This document shows, in pieces, positions 22,701-34,718 of a stretch of 49,165 nucleotides of DNA. Source of the stretch: Catajapyx aquilonaris. Its lineage: Eukaryota. The notes under the pieces are model-generated. The model was given only the letters and a program-made list of their open reading frames with translations. It did not search any database and had not been told where the DNA came from. Position numbers and translations under genes: made by a program. Location: positions 1 through 49,165 of the forward strand of contig JYFJ02002903.1 of NCBI GenBank assembly GCA_000934665.2, read 5' to 3'. Each line of letters opens with the position of its first letter. The first letter of the stretch is position 1.

Positions 22701-25700
22701 ATGTCACCTCCCTCCCACCCACTTCGGCATGTGTGTCCCTGCTGCCTGAGCTGCCTTTGCCCCGGTGGGTCCTACCGCCGAAATCGATGCCCGCAGTGGG
22801 AGGAGCGCGGGCCCAAATAATTCCAGGGCCATTTCCCCCTGCCCACCTCTCTCTTTCTACTCACCTGTACAGTGGTACAGTGTATAACCCCCCCTCGACT
22901 GAGCCTAAAAAAGACCAAAATTATCGGCACAAAAATATCGGATCATTTCTCCCCTCCCGTCATCCCCCGATCCCACCCATTCACAACCTTATTACATGTT
23001 CTCACTGTGCTGCAGCCACGCTCGAACAAACTGCTCTGCACTGCGTGCGATTCAATAGAAAGACCACATGGCTAAGCTATAGAGGCAGAATAAATGACGA
23101 TTACACCATCGATCTTTCATTAACTAATCAGTAAAATTATACCTTACCCTGATGTGCTCCGTGGGATATCGATTTTATACAGTAAGTTGTAATACGATTG
23201 CCATAAAATGTGTGGATGCCTCGGACTGCACTTCCGCTGCTACCGGCTTGCGTAGGTTTTTACGACATCTCTCAATAATCTATTCAGCTCACGGAGCAGA
23301 TATAGAGAAAGCGATAACAAGGCAGCCCAACTCCCATTCAAGCTCGCCTGCTGGTTGTGGTGGTGGTGGTGGTGGTGGTGGTGGGATCCGAAATATTCCA
23401 TCCAACATGTATGACGTACGCATGCACTGGCCCCTTGTGGAAACAACGCACAGAGCTGGGTCAAAAGTGCTGGCCACCATCCACGCCAATAGATTTTTTT
23501 AAAAAAGAGAGAGATGAAGAAACAAGCCGGCGCAAATGCACCAAAATGAAATCCGTGCTGCGAGAGACGCAGGCTGAATGAACTCCAAGGGTCACGTTGC
23601 CTCGTTTACTCTGCTGCCGTCTAAAAAAAAGAGAGAGAGAAAATGCCTCCAGGAGACAATCACAATGCCGCTGGTTTGCTCGCTCAGACTGCTGCAGAAC
23701 CCCGTCAGACTGCAGTTATAAAACTGCTCGTTACTCATAAACTGCACTGGTAATGTTTCTGTTAACATGATGGTTTCCTCTTACATAGTTGCACCGAGTG
23801 TTGGCCCAAGGTGTCGGGTGACGGACGGACGCCAATCATGCACACACTACTGCATACTTCCCCCCCCCCNCCCCCCCCCCCCCCCTACATCGATCACGGA
23901 ATACCCACATCCATTTCCGCATCATCGCACATTCATCTGTCATCATTCACCAATAAAAGTGTAACGTACTCAGACAAGCAAGCACGCGCCATTGTAAGGC
24001 AAGGTCAGCACTCTCTTGTAAGCAGATCGTCATCAGAAATATACTTAGCACTGTATGTCGCTCTAATGGCAGTGAAATGGCTCTATCGGTGGTGTATGTA
24101 TATCCTAAAAGAAGAATATGAAGACGACGGAGGGGGATCAATGGCACGAACGCAATCAACGCACGCACGCAAGCTTGCTTGATTCCATGAATGAACTGAT
24201 GTCGTACAGCAGGACGAGTCTCCAATCAAATGGTCCCTGTGTACACATACAAGCTATTCAATACCCTGGAAACCTTACCTGGATCGAATTTACACAACTT
24301 GCACTCGTGATTCTGTAGCAACGGCACGAATTGCATGTTGCCTCGTATAGGATATCTGTAATTATTATTATCCTACCTGGAATATTATACAACCCACCAT
24401 TATTTGCTCAATTCTTAAACGCCGCTTAGTCTGCGTTTGCTTGGCATGCCCTCCGCTCGCATTCAACATGCCCCTTACACCCATTAAAAACGCCTTTTAA
24501 AAGCCGCCGGGTTTGCATCGGTTGTTATATGCAGCCTGCGAGAGCAAAATGTTTATGCCCAGACACGACGCTGCAGACGCTCCGTGTAACGACGGCCATC
24601 ATGGCATCGGAGGTGCAGCCCATAACACATTTCTTATACTCCCCGGATTTTGAAGTCGAAGCAACGTGCACTTCCAGCCTCCTTTATTAGGCCCTTGAAT
24701 CAACCGCAGCATGACTGATACCAAAACCTGAAGGGGAAAACAGTTTGCCTGATGCCATTGTCACAAATCCAACTCGCCAGGGGTAAATCAGTATAGTGCC
24801 GAGTTGATGTACTAAATAAATCCGGCGCACTGCAAGTGTATACTGTACATCCGATTTGTGGAAATCTCGTTGCGGCGCGGCGGCCTCGTATTTAGTCGTG
24901 CCATTTTAATTTTGGTGCAGTAGTAAATTGAGGAATGAATTTTACAAGGCACTGTATCCTTGCCTCGCACGACAAAAAGAGACCAAGTGGTCAATATCGC
25001 AGTCTATATACTAGAGAGATTGTGATGTGAGGACACGCACGTCACCCGCAGTAATAATTCCGGTAAATCGAATCTGTTACGACCATATAATTTGCACCGC
25101 TAATTAAGGTCGCATGTGTACTCTAGGTGCAGGTTTATTCTCGTTAAATTCGCACTTTTTATGAGGCCTAATTAGATCTCCGCAGTATTTTGTCCGAGTC
25201 GCTGCTTGAAAAGTGACGAAGACAGATAACATGTGAATTCACACTGAAGATGTGAATAATTAATTGCATAACCGGTCCTTTCCAACTAATCACCAGGGGG
25301 GGTAGCCTCCCCACTCCGGTTAAAAATAGTATCGTTAATTCAGGGGATCTAATCAGAAGGGACGACCTCTCCCGCATATAATCGGCTGATGGTCGTTATT
25401 AGCATGCAAAAAACATGGCAGGATGGTGTTGACACTGACTTATCTCCCTTCCCAGTGTAAACAACACGTATACACACCACCACCCCCCGCTGCATGACCG
25501 ACCTTGTCAATTTCCCAAACACAAAAGGAATCAATACAGTGCATACAGACGGATAGATACACCCGTGACACTGACAGATTAAACCAGGGGAGGTTTGCAA
25601 AAAAACCCTGCAGCATCCAAATTTCCGCAGAATAAGATAGAGCCTGGCCTCGACTGGCGGGGACTGCTCTCCCCCCTTTATTAACGCCCACCCTGGGATT

Positions 25701-28700
25701 TTTTGGCTCTTTTTCAAGAATATGATGGTCTTCCCACCCACCCCGCCCACGGTGTAGTATACGTAAGGGGGGCAAAACTGCAGGCTGCAGAAGAAGGAGA
25801 CGTTGCAGTGGGCACTGCAGTCTCCCCTGCAGCCACGACTCTAACCCCTCTATACTGCAGCACCCTTTCTCCCCACCCAAACCCACCCAGCCCCTTTCGT
25901 TCCCTGCGCCAAGCCTATAAAATCCGGCCACCTTGGCAATAATAATATTCTATGTATTCCAGCCCACCAGGCAGCCTCGCTTTTTAGAGGGTGGCAGGGA
26001 GGTAGGGGGGTGGAAACGAGCGTGTACTGTTTGTGTGTGTGTGTTTCTGGGTCACGCGCTTAAAGTTCACCATCCAATCAGCCTTAAAGCCTCTCCCCCC
26101 ATTGCTTGCTGGTACTAACCACTCATTACCACACCGAAGCAACAGCGCACAATTAACCCACTTGCTTATTACGCCCGGGTTTCAGATGCGGGTTGGAAGC
26201 ACCGTGAAGTTCGATCCCATCCGGAAATGCGACCAGTTCTCTCCTTACTAGCGCGGGTTTTCTACGGATTATCCTCCCTCCAATCCTTGTATTTCCAATA
26301 CTTTTTGCGACAAGTGCTTTGCCCTCCGTGTATTGACATTCTAGTCAGCTGGCCAGATTTTACATGCACTTTTTGCTGCCCCGGCACCAGCACCCCATCA
26401 AAGTCCTGCATAATGGCCTACGTGATGGCATCCCTTACGGGTCATACTCTTTGCTGACGTTTACAATCCCGCACAGGGTGGTGCACTGCCCAAGTCAGAA
26501 ACATGAAGGGGTCAGCAGGCGAAAAAAGTGTCAAAGAACCATCACAGATTGCTGGCAACTGGTTGCTTTGAAGGTGAGCAATCCAACACATTTCCCCCTT
26601 GGGCGCTTGTTGACTTATTGGGCGTTGCACCTCCCTTTGACCAGAGTGCATTCCCCTCGTGCAGTGTCCCCCTAAAGTCCAGAGACGTTTCACCTGATGC
26701 ATGAGGCCATTGCACAGTATGTATGCCCACGTACACTGGCAGTTTGTTGTTTATTCCGGAACAAAGGGGGGGCAATCAGGAGTCAGCGGGGCACTGGACC
26801 TGGCAAAAGGCCAATGTATTTCTCCAGCAGCAAGAGCTATAATGCCATAATAGCATCTCCAGCCGTACCGCCAACGAATTATGTGACACGCCTAATAAAG
26901 CCAAACTTGAAACAAAAACAAGTTCGGTTTTTGGCTGCCTCCCATGCCATCCTGTTCAAGCCCGTATTGTAAATACTTCACTTGATTTTATATTTTTTTG
27001 TCACACACATTTATGAGGAACCTTCGCACTGTAGCAGTCGCGAAAATACAGTTTTCATGCCGGACGAGGACAGATTGGACATGTAAATATTGCGCCAAAC
27101 TTCATAATTTAAGAGCACTTGTGCTGCAGGACATGCACAGAGATGTTGTACCGGAAGAGTACAGGATGAAGCTACCGCTTTAACAACTAATCACGAATGG
27201 GAGTTGCTTGTCGACAATTATTTATGAACAAATCCTTCCATACTGATTGTTTATTCAGTGCGTTCCAATTGAAGTGCCCGTGGCGTTTAGCGAATGTTTG
27301 GCGTTGATCTTCTTGTCGTAGTCACTTCCAGCAGGTTTAGAGCACCTTGGGTTTAGAGTACATCAAAACAGAACTCTGCTAATATCTGGCTCAATTATTC
27401 AACCTTTTCAGGCCATGAATAATTGTGGCAACAATTTTATTATAATGCATTGTGAATGGACCATTTGCATATTATATACAGACGGGTGAGGTCGATAATT
27501 GAATAGTTCCAGCTTAAATCAGACCTAAAATAATTAACACATCCCGCCCCCCAACATTGGCAGCAGATGCTTGCTATTTTCTCTAAAAAAGCAAGGTGTT
27601 CCAAAGTAAGCTGCGTAATAGTGCTTGCTGAATATTGCAAACCATTAGGAACATTGAAACAGACTGTTTATAACTTGAAACTAAGTTCCCGATTGGTTTC
27701 GCCAGCATGGCGGCCCACACCTCGAGCACTTCAGTTTAACATGCAAATGCAATGGACCCCTCGCGGCGCAAAATCTCAGAATGAAATCCGCGTACTTTTC
27801 TTCTTCTTCTTCCCAGCAAGGTATATGCATCCAACCGAATATGCCGCAGTGTCCTTCGAGAGAGGTCAACCCAGATTAAAGGTCACGAATAAGGAAGCAG
27901 AGATTCCCCTCCCGACTTGTGCTGCTGCCCGGCTCCAATCATCTGATAGGGGCGGGTACACTGCATTTCTAAATAAAATTGTATGGCTGCGAAAGGCGAG
28001 TCAGGACGCGACCAAAATACAGGTTCCAGGCAATGAATTTATCAACATGTAAAAAAAAAAATAAGGTTGCGGCTTCATTAAAACTGCATCACTTTTGGAA
28101 GGCATAACGAGGCGGTGTTTCCCGTCGTATATTATAACGACTTGAACGTGACCTCAACCTGCGGCAAAAAAGCACGTGCTCACTTGCGAATTGCTTCACT
28201 GCACTGAACAACTTGCATTAACTGCCGGCCTACGTTAAAGTGTAAAGCCATGCTTCAATCGTATATGGGTGAATCTGTAATTGACTTCATGCCCCCAATA
28301 AATAGGCCAGGAAAAAAAAAGTGCTGATGTGGATACACTTCCTTCTTCCATCCTTTCCAGGGCAAATCTGGCGGATGGGAATATTAGGTATATATACCGT
28401 ATACTTCCTCCTCCAATTTTGGGTAAGGGTGGGGGGGAGGCGGCGCCCGTCTGGCGTCGCGACGCCCCCCTCTTTTCCTGCCGTACCTCGCCCTCTACCA
28501 CTCCCCACCCCAACGTCTGCCATCGATCGCAACCTGACCGAGCGACCAGCAGCAAGGATAGAGAGAGAAGCAAAAGCGTTTGCCCTCCTCTCCTTCACCC
28601 ATATCCGCACCCACACCATAAGTAGTTCCCCCCCAATCTGCACAACTGCCCCACTCACTCACTCTCATTCAACCCCCCCCCCCCTTTGACCCCCTCCCGC

Positions 28701-31700
28701 TGCAGTTCGACACAAATCATTCTTTATGTTATCGCCTGGCGCGGTGCAGCTGCACCCTACCCTACCCCACTGTACAGGGTGCTCCAGAAACTATACTGCT
28801 CATTTAGCTGATGGTTCCTATATACGGCGTTGAATCACCCTGTACATATCCAGCAGCACCGGATGCATTGAAACGGCCCCAGTAGAATTGCCTCCCTCAA
28901 TATCTCCTCCGGCCCCCACCTCACAGTGGAGGAATTCCGTGCTTCCGCTCCTGCAATTGCTGCCACTTGATTCTCTCCAGGGAATCACCGCTGCTGCTGC
29001 TCCTCTCCAGCCCTTTTCCTTCCTCTTATTCTTTATTCCCAAAGCACCAGCAGCACACTCTCTGGTTCTTGCTGCCCTTTTTTTACCGGCCGGCAATCCA
29101 TCCCCTCCCGGATGGAGCTCAAAGTACTATAACTCGATCGAGAGAGAATAATTATTAAAACTGCTCATCAATTCCGTCGGCACCACCAGCAGCACAGAAA
29201 TACAAAGTGGGGGGCGTTCACACCATTTATACACTGCATGTCTGCCTCCCTTTTGAGCCGATTGCTGGACGACGACGACTGCATTTACATACGCCAGGGC
29301 TGGTGCCTATTCACTCGTTTTATATTACTCGGGGATTATTATTCAGGCAGATTCTGGCATTCAGGGAAACTGATGATTTAGGCTCTACAGCATGCTGATA
29401 CTGTCATTTCAGCGCTGTGTGCGTCGGATGCACGAAAGGCCGCAGACAATCTAGTCCTTTTGTTCTCCATCAGTCTGACCATTCTGAACATTTGTCGTCC
29501 AGCGGGAATCAGATGAGCGCACGTGGAAAGTGCTATTCAACTTCATCACTCTTTCCAGCCATTATTTAAGACAGAGGCGCCGCTAACTGGAAAATTAAAC
29601 GAGGATGTGAAGCTCGCGTGAACTTTCCGTATATTCCAGAAATAGGAACGTTCATTAATGCTGTTAATAAATGTGGTCAACTTTCTTCTTTAAATTTTCA
29701 CGAGACATTTCCTTCCCTGCACTTGCATGATGCCATACACCTTTAAGTGAACCCATCTCGTACAACCACGATTATTTTGCACCCCTTATATCATCTTATA
29801 TGGTCAGTTGCTCCCATGTGGGACAATGATAAAAAGTCGTACTTCATAACTTATAATGCGCCCTTTTACGGCAGCAGTATGTGCATCCAGAAATTACTTA
29901 ATAACGCAACAGCTCTGGGAGCAGTGTGCATGTCACAGCCGGGTATTTATGAACAGCAGTATTTACGAACCAATGATGCACATTTGCAGTCACGTAGAGA
30001 GGCCCTCGTATTTACATTGTGCTGCTGGCCTAATGCGAAAATGATGGCAGCGAGTGAAAACTTGATGAATATAAGGAGCTTATGGCCTCTGTTTCTCCTC
30101 GTCGCCTTAATGCAGAATGATTAGGCCTATTAGGCTTGGGCCGCCCGACTGGGCTGCATGGAAGGAGAAAGATTGCTGCACGCCTCAGAAGGGAATTAAT
30201 AACCTGAGAAACGAATAAACGACGTCGTTCTGAAGACGACTCAGCAGATGTTATATATATATTGTACAGTACAGTATATACGAGAAGGAAAAATGGCTGG
30301 CTCTCCCTTTGCGAAAATAACAGCAGAAATATACTGCAATGAGCACCGTTCCATGGTAAGACCGTGCGGCTCATTACGTTCGGATTTACTGCCATTAGGC
30401 GTCCATTGTAATGCCGCCTGTCATAATGTTATTGCGGTCTTACGGCGAATTATTGCAGGCAGCTGCATGGGCAGTGCTGTGGCATATTCTGCCCTGCTGG
30501 AAAAAAAGGAAGCAATAAGGAAACCTTGCCCAGATGTAATTACCAGCAGTGCGCCGATGGTGACGAGGGAAAGGCTAATTCAGTCCCAGACCGGCACAAC
30601 ACAAAGTAATCCGAAGCCATTGTTTCTCCACGCCTCCTAATAATTTCCGAACCTTTTTCAGCGCGTTTGGGGCCCAGCTACGGGAAATTAAAGGGCCTTT
30701 CTGCAGCATCCACACGGGAATTACAACTCGAAGGCACTGGTGGAACCATTGTGTTCCATTTACTAAAAACGAATCAATTTTGAGGACAATGTCGCATAAT
30801 AAAGTACATCACAAATTGCCTTCCAAGAACATTTATAATGATATAGCCAAATTTTTGGTCAAAGTTCTAAGGTGGGTTTACCATATTTTGCTTGGGCAGG
30901 TAAATATGATGAAAATAGTGTTACAATGGTCACATCGCATGTCTCGATTCAGCAGTAATTCATAATTGAAACCTTGAGTATCCAAAGGTCCCAAGTCCAC
31001 ATTTTTGACGATTTCGATGAGTTACATATATGGGGGGTAGTACGGGGCAAGGCGCATATTTTGAATGAAAGAGAGTCCGAAATGTTCATTCTAACATGGG
31101 GAAGAAAAATCATGAAAATTTTCCACACATTTCGCTCATTACTTATCAATTTCGATCTTTTGTCTCTCCTGAAAAGTTGAGGTGGTTGGACTTGGGACCT
31201 TTTGCAACTCAAGGTTTCAATTTATTCCTCGCAGATTTATTTTTTAAATTATTAAGTTGTATGCGCTTACCACGTGACAGGTCATACATCTGACAAATAC
31301 AGAGCATGCAAGTACTGTATACATAATTCAATGCGTCTGTTACCTATCTTCCTAATAAAATTCAGCACACGCCGTAACTCTACAGTTTAACTCAAGACTT
31401 TGCAATTCATACGCACAATACTGTACATAGCAGAAATGCATGCAGAGCAAGGAATACGAGGAGGAGATAATTAAATAAGTCCCAGGATAAAGCAGAAGCT
31501 TGGTGCAGATTCTCTCCCTTATGCTGCCAAAATAAACCCAATTTTCCACTTTGGCTGGAGAAGTAATTCAATTTTTGCTCTCCCTTAAAGCATCCGTACC
31601 CACCATTATTATACAGTACGGTATATTTTCTGCCGAAACCCCTGTTATACTGACGCATACGGATGATACAGGTAATTAGATACATAGATAGATAGATAGA

Positions 31701-34700
31701 GTGGGGAGTAGACTACTGCATCGGTCCATTTGCGACACATTTCACTACCTCTTTAATATGCAAATGAACCACTTCCCTTCAATTATCAGGCAGATATTTA
31801 AGGCCATTGAATCATTAATTAGTACCTCACCACTAATTGCGATCATCGCCAACCCCCGCATTGCAGGGTACTCTCGTTATTTTTTATTGGCCTATTCCAT
31901 TACTCGTGCTCCGATTCATTGCATCAGACGGGAAAAAAGTAGCCGGAGAAGTTCCAAGTTGCATGATTGTGCGCAAAATATTGAATTTGAAGCAATTTTT
32001 TTTTCTCCTAGTCATTCTGTTACATTGTCAGCAACCAGCACTATTAGTCAGCAAAATTTCCAGTGTAAATTATTGTAAGTTTGACTATAGTTTCACCGAC
32101 CGAAATTATATCCGTTGGACGACGGTGGCAGGCAGTGATGGCGGAGACAGATGGTTCCGAAGACTGTGGTAGTCAAGGTCGACCCCAATATACCAGCAGA
32201 TTATACAAAATGAAAATGAAAACTTGTTCTCCCTATGCATATTGACAACAGGTATAACTGACGACGATACTTTATCATTTACCCTAATGGCGTGACTTTT
32301 AAAATAATGCGAGGAGCCACAACACCATGCTCCAAACAATGGTGTGCTGTGGGCTGATTAAAATCATCTTAATCCCAACACGTCTCGCCTGGTCTGCAGA
32401 CACGATAAATCCGCGTTACAGGTACATCGGATGTACTGTACTCCATTTCTCGGGAAGTGGCGAGGAGTCAGGGACCCCGTCAGTCAGTGAGTCAAAGGGT
32501 CAACTGGGACTCGGACTCGGCTGGGATCAGCCAAGCCCTCGGGTTGAGGTTTCAGGAGGCATCGCCTCTAGAGAGTCGAGCACTGCCCTATACCCCTCTC
32601 ACAAAAGTTTTCCTCTTTCTTCTCTTCACTTCCACTCCGTTCACGTACAAGCATTAAAGTGCAGAGATACCGATGGGTACACTCATACTGCGTGAGGAAC
32701 TGCAGAGGAAGTAAAAACGCTCTTTTATCGGCATCAGAAGATGTGTCGAGAGTGATGCAAACTCTGTAAAGCAAGTTGAATGAGGCCGTCCCGATGAATC
32801 GATTATTGCCCCCAGGAGAGAAGCAAGCAGGCACAATGTCCGATCCTCACGGATTTAACAGAAATTAAGGGCCCAGATTTTACGGGGCCATCAATACCAA
32901 TTCAATGAGCACTTTTGGCCCCCTCACTCCTGCCTCACTCCATAAGAGTGCTGACAAAAATTGCGCCACAAAGCCTGTCCCCGTAAAGTGCATTATATAT
33001 ACTGTAATTAAAGCGGGTGTTGTAGCTCATGTCTTGAGCTCGCGTTTGCGAAATGGCCTTATTCTTTTTAAACGGACGATATTATTCTGTTCTTCCATCC
33101 GGCACTTTAAGCCATTGAAGCTTTTCATCGAGCCTGCCTTCCGGTTGGAAGAACATATAGCAGAGATAGAAGCGGCTTTGGAGTGTGGGGGAGCTGCTGG
33201 TTCCATCCGAAATGTCAAGGGTCACGCATGGAGGCTACAGTCTTCTCCAGCGGGCCTAAATGCTGGAGTGGCTGTGGGGAAAATCTGTGAGTCGGCCCCT
33301 CTCTCCTCAAAATCACGCCCCATCGAGTTATGCATAGCAATTACAGGAAGCCCTCTCTATCCGGAATGCTAATTGCTAGCCATCGAGGATCCGATATCGG
33401 AGATGTATCAAGGATTTGGGAGCCGGCTCTTTATTCCGATCATGTATTTATCCAGAAGGCTGGAGCTGCTGGAGGGAAGGCCGACGACGAGAGAGCTTTT
33501 CCTTGCCATTGGAAAAAAAAATAGGGTAAACACACCGGATCATTTATGCAGAGTGCATAAGTTCACTCCAATAACTATAGTGTAAAGATATGATGCAACA
33601 ATAACAATGTTGAAGAAGCTGGTTGCTGGCATGAAAATTATACATTTAACTTTTCAGCCTCCCATTCTCTTTGGCCACTTCCTTCAGCCGTGCACCATAT
33701 ACACGGCCTGTGGAAAAAAATAATGCATTTTTGCAGGCAGGAAAAAAAAAACCGGACCTACACTCTCGCAGCCTGCAATAATCCGCGGTTTTTTCACACA
33801 ATGTAATCCTTTCCAAATGCAGGTTGGGTACTGTGCTTTGTGTGCAAAAATTGAACCGTACGTCAATACAGTACACACTTCCGAATAGAACATACAAAAC
33901 GCGCACAAATCCAGTACTTGCATAATTCGGGCTGTGCATTTCGGTTCGGTCTTATGTGCATAATTTCTAAGTGAATTTACTCGATAAGTAATGGTGCCTT
34001 AATTTGAGTTCGGACAACCTTATAGGATCAACTAATGAAGGGTACTGAATAACGCTTTGTGAATACTTGAATATTAAATCTAAAAAAAAAAATTGTCCTT
34101 TGCACTCGTGCACGTCTTGGCCTGGCGTGGTCCATAGTTAATAGAGAGTACAGAGCGTAAAGAGAGGGCTGGCAGCACCTGTCCTAATAAGGTTTATTTT
34201 GAACTCGGTTTGACAGCCAGTTGCTTGACAGCCGGTGAAACACACCCCCCCCCCCCCCCCCCNACCCCCCCCCCCCCCCCTGCCGCAATACTGGCTGGCA
34301 TGCCGGGCAGTGATTTCCGGCCGGACAATATTTATTATTAAAAAGACGCAAGGTTACTGGTGCAGTGGAACAAAGATTGCTATCAGTCTGGTATGCCCGT
34401 TGCCCACCTGCTGGTAAGACAATGCGAGGACTATCGATTCATGCCTCACCGCAGCACAAATCACACAAATTGTGTCACATCACGACGATGACAGCCGCAT
34501 TCACACAGGGTGTCACTATACTCATAAATACATCCACAGGGAAGCCATGGGTGCCAATGTCCCCTGACCGGATCCACCTATTTTTTTTATACCCGGTGCA
34601 CAATAATTACACATGATTGTTATACGCATGGTTTTGGCGTAACGCCTTTATTTGTTGCAATGTATATACTGCAATGGGTACTTACCGAGAGAGCGTTTTG

Positions 34701-34718
34701 TCCCTCGGTGCTAGCCAT
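1..34718 (-). CDS. Ank2: Ankyrin (invertebrate Ank2/UNC-44 type), multi-exon, 3' end beyond the window
   Basis: Phase-consistent exons (5'->3'): 34718-34686, 21217-21116, 19564-19432, 18505-17844, 15967-15671, 15603-15406, 15316-15020, 14952-14653, 14386-14288, 14112-13912, 13842-13629, 12808-12665, 12573-12450, (12177-12160), 11877-11653, 11554-11394, 11331-11120, 11043-10839, 6211-6022, 5959-5641, 5535-5403, 5311-5109, 5025-4717, 4639-4576, 4508-3981, 3437-1257, 1181-1032, 115-<1. About 2600 aa in the window. Diagnostic ankyrin motifs: [75 protein letters not shown] and a death domain. Confidence 0.96.
1257..3437 (-). CDS. Ank2: 2181-nt large exon of the ankyrin C-terminal extension (E/D/S/T-rich, likely disordered)
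   Basis: tttttttccag acceptor and GAAG|gtatct donor, phase 1 on both sides. 727 codons inside ORF 1243..3465, in frame with exons 4508-3981 and 1181-1032. Confidence 0.85.
4717..5311 (-). CDS. Ank2: Ankyrin death domain and start of the tail (exons 5311-5109 and 5025-4717)
   Basis: [26 protein letters not shown]...QAMIMLRLW...[19 protein letters not shown] is the ankyrin death-domain pattern. Confidence 0.93.
5403..11877 (-). CDS. Ank2: Ankyrin spectrin-binding region (ZU5A-ZU5B-UPA), 7 exons
   Basis: Motifs [114 protein letters not shown]. Confidence 0.96.
7713..7772. repeat. (AAT)20 microsatellite
   Basis: Perfect trinucleotide run in the 4.6-kb ankyrin intron. Confidence 0.95.
8965..9182. 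mobile_element. Truncated Tc1/mariner-type MITE end
   Basis: AT-rich stretch ending CCGGTCACCCTG|TATA, the same CACCCTG-TA terminus as the 28775 element. No matching left end found, so the left boundary is approximate. Confidence 0.4.
12160..12177 (-). CDS. Ank2: 18-nt symmetric microexon (G-KLRWRT) immediately before ZU5A
   Basis: ccttttggatgcag|GAAACTTCGCTGGAGAAC|gtgagt. Phase 2 on both sides, so the frame is kept between ...PLNVG and FLVSF. Confidence 0.75.
13629..21217 (-). CDS. Ank2: Ankyrin membrane-binding domain (tandem ANK repeats), 10 exons
   Basis: Repeated G-TPLH-AA motifs. Several exons are exact multiples of the 33-aa repeat (99, 198, 297 nt). The segment ends [25 protein letters not shown], as in arthropod Ank2. 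Confidence 0.97.
17121..17239. repeat. Degenerate ~120-bp palindrome (old MITE remnant)
   Basis: GTCTCTCCAAGTTTTAGCCGAGCATTAGGAGCTA pairs imperfectly with TAGCTCTTAACGGCCAGTTAAAAGTTTGGAGAAAC. Confidence 0.55.
23357..23383. repeat. (GGT)n microsatellite
   Basis: About 8-9 tandem GGT units. Confidence 0.85.
23860..23885. repeat. Poly-C tract containing an N (probable assembly join)
   Basis: C run with n at 23870. Confidence 0.85.
28775..28842. mobile_element. 68-bp Tc1/mariner-type mini-MITE
   Basis: TA|CAGGGTGCTCCA ... TGAATCACCCTG|TA: a 12-bp imperfect terminal inverted repeat with a TA duplication. Confidence 0.6.
30964..31222. mobile_element. MITE-like element, 259 bp, with 36-bp inverted repeats
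   Basis: AATTGAAACCTTGAGTatccAAAGGTCCCAAGTCCA (30964-30999) versus TGGACTTGGGACCTTTtgcaACTCAAGGTTTCAATT (31187-31222). Confidence 0.7.
34245..34280. repeat. Poly-C tract containing an N (probable assembly join)
   Basis: C run with n at 34263. Confidence 0.85.
34686..34718 (-). CDS. Ank2: Probable first coding exon of ankyrin ([11 protein letters not shown])
   Basis: aaccATGG start context, 11 codons, strong donor TCG|gtaagt. Phase 0 joins exon 21217 ([14 protein letters not shown]) across a 13,468-nt intron, giving a short N-terminus like insect Ank2. Confidence 0.7.
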
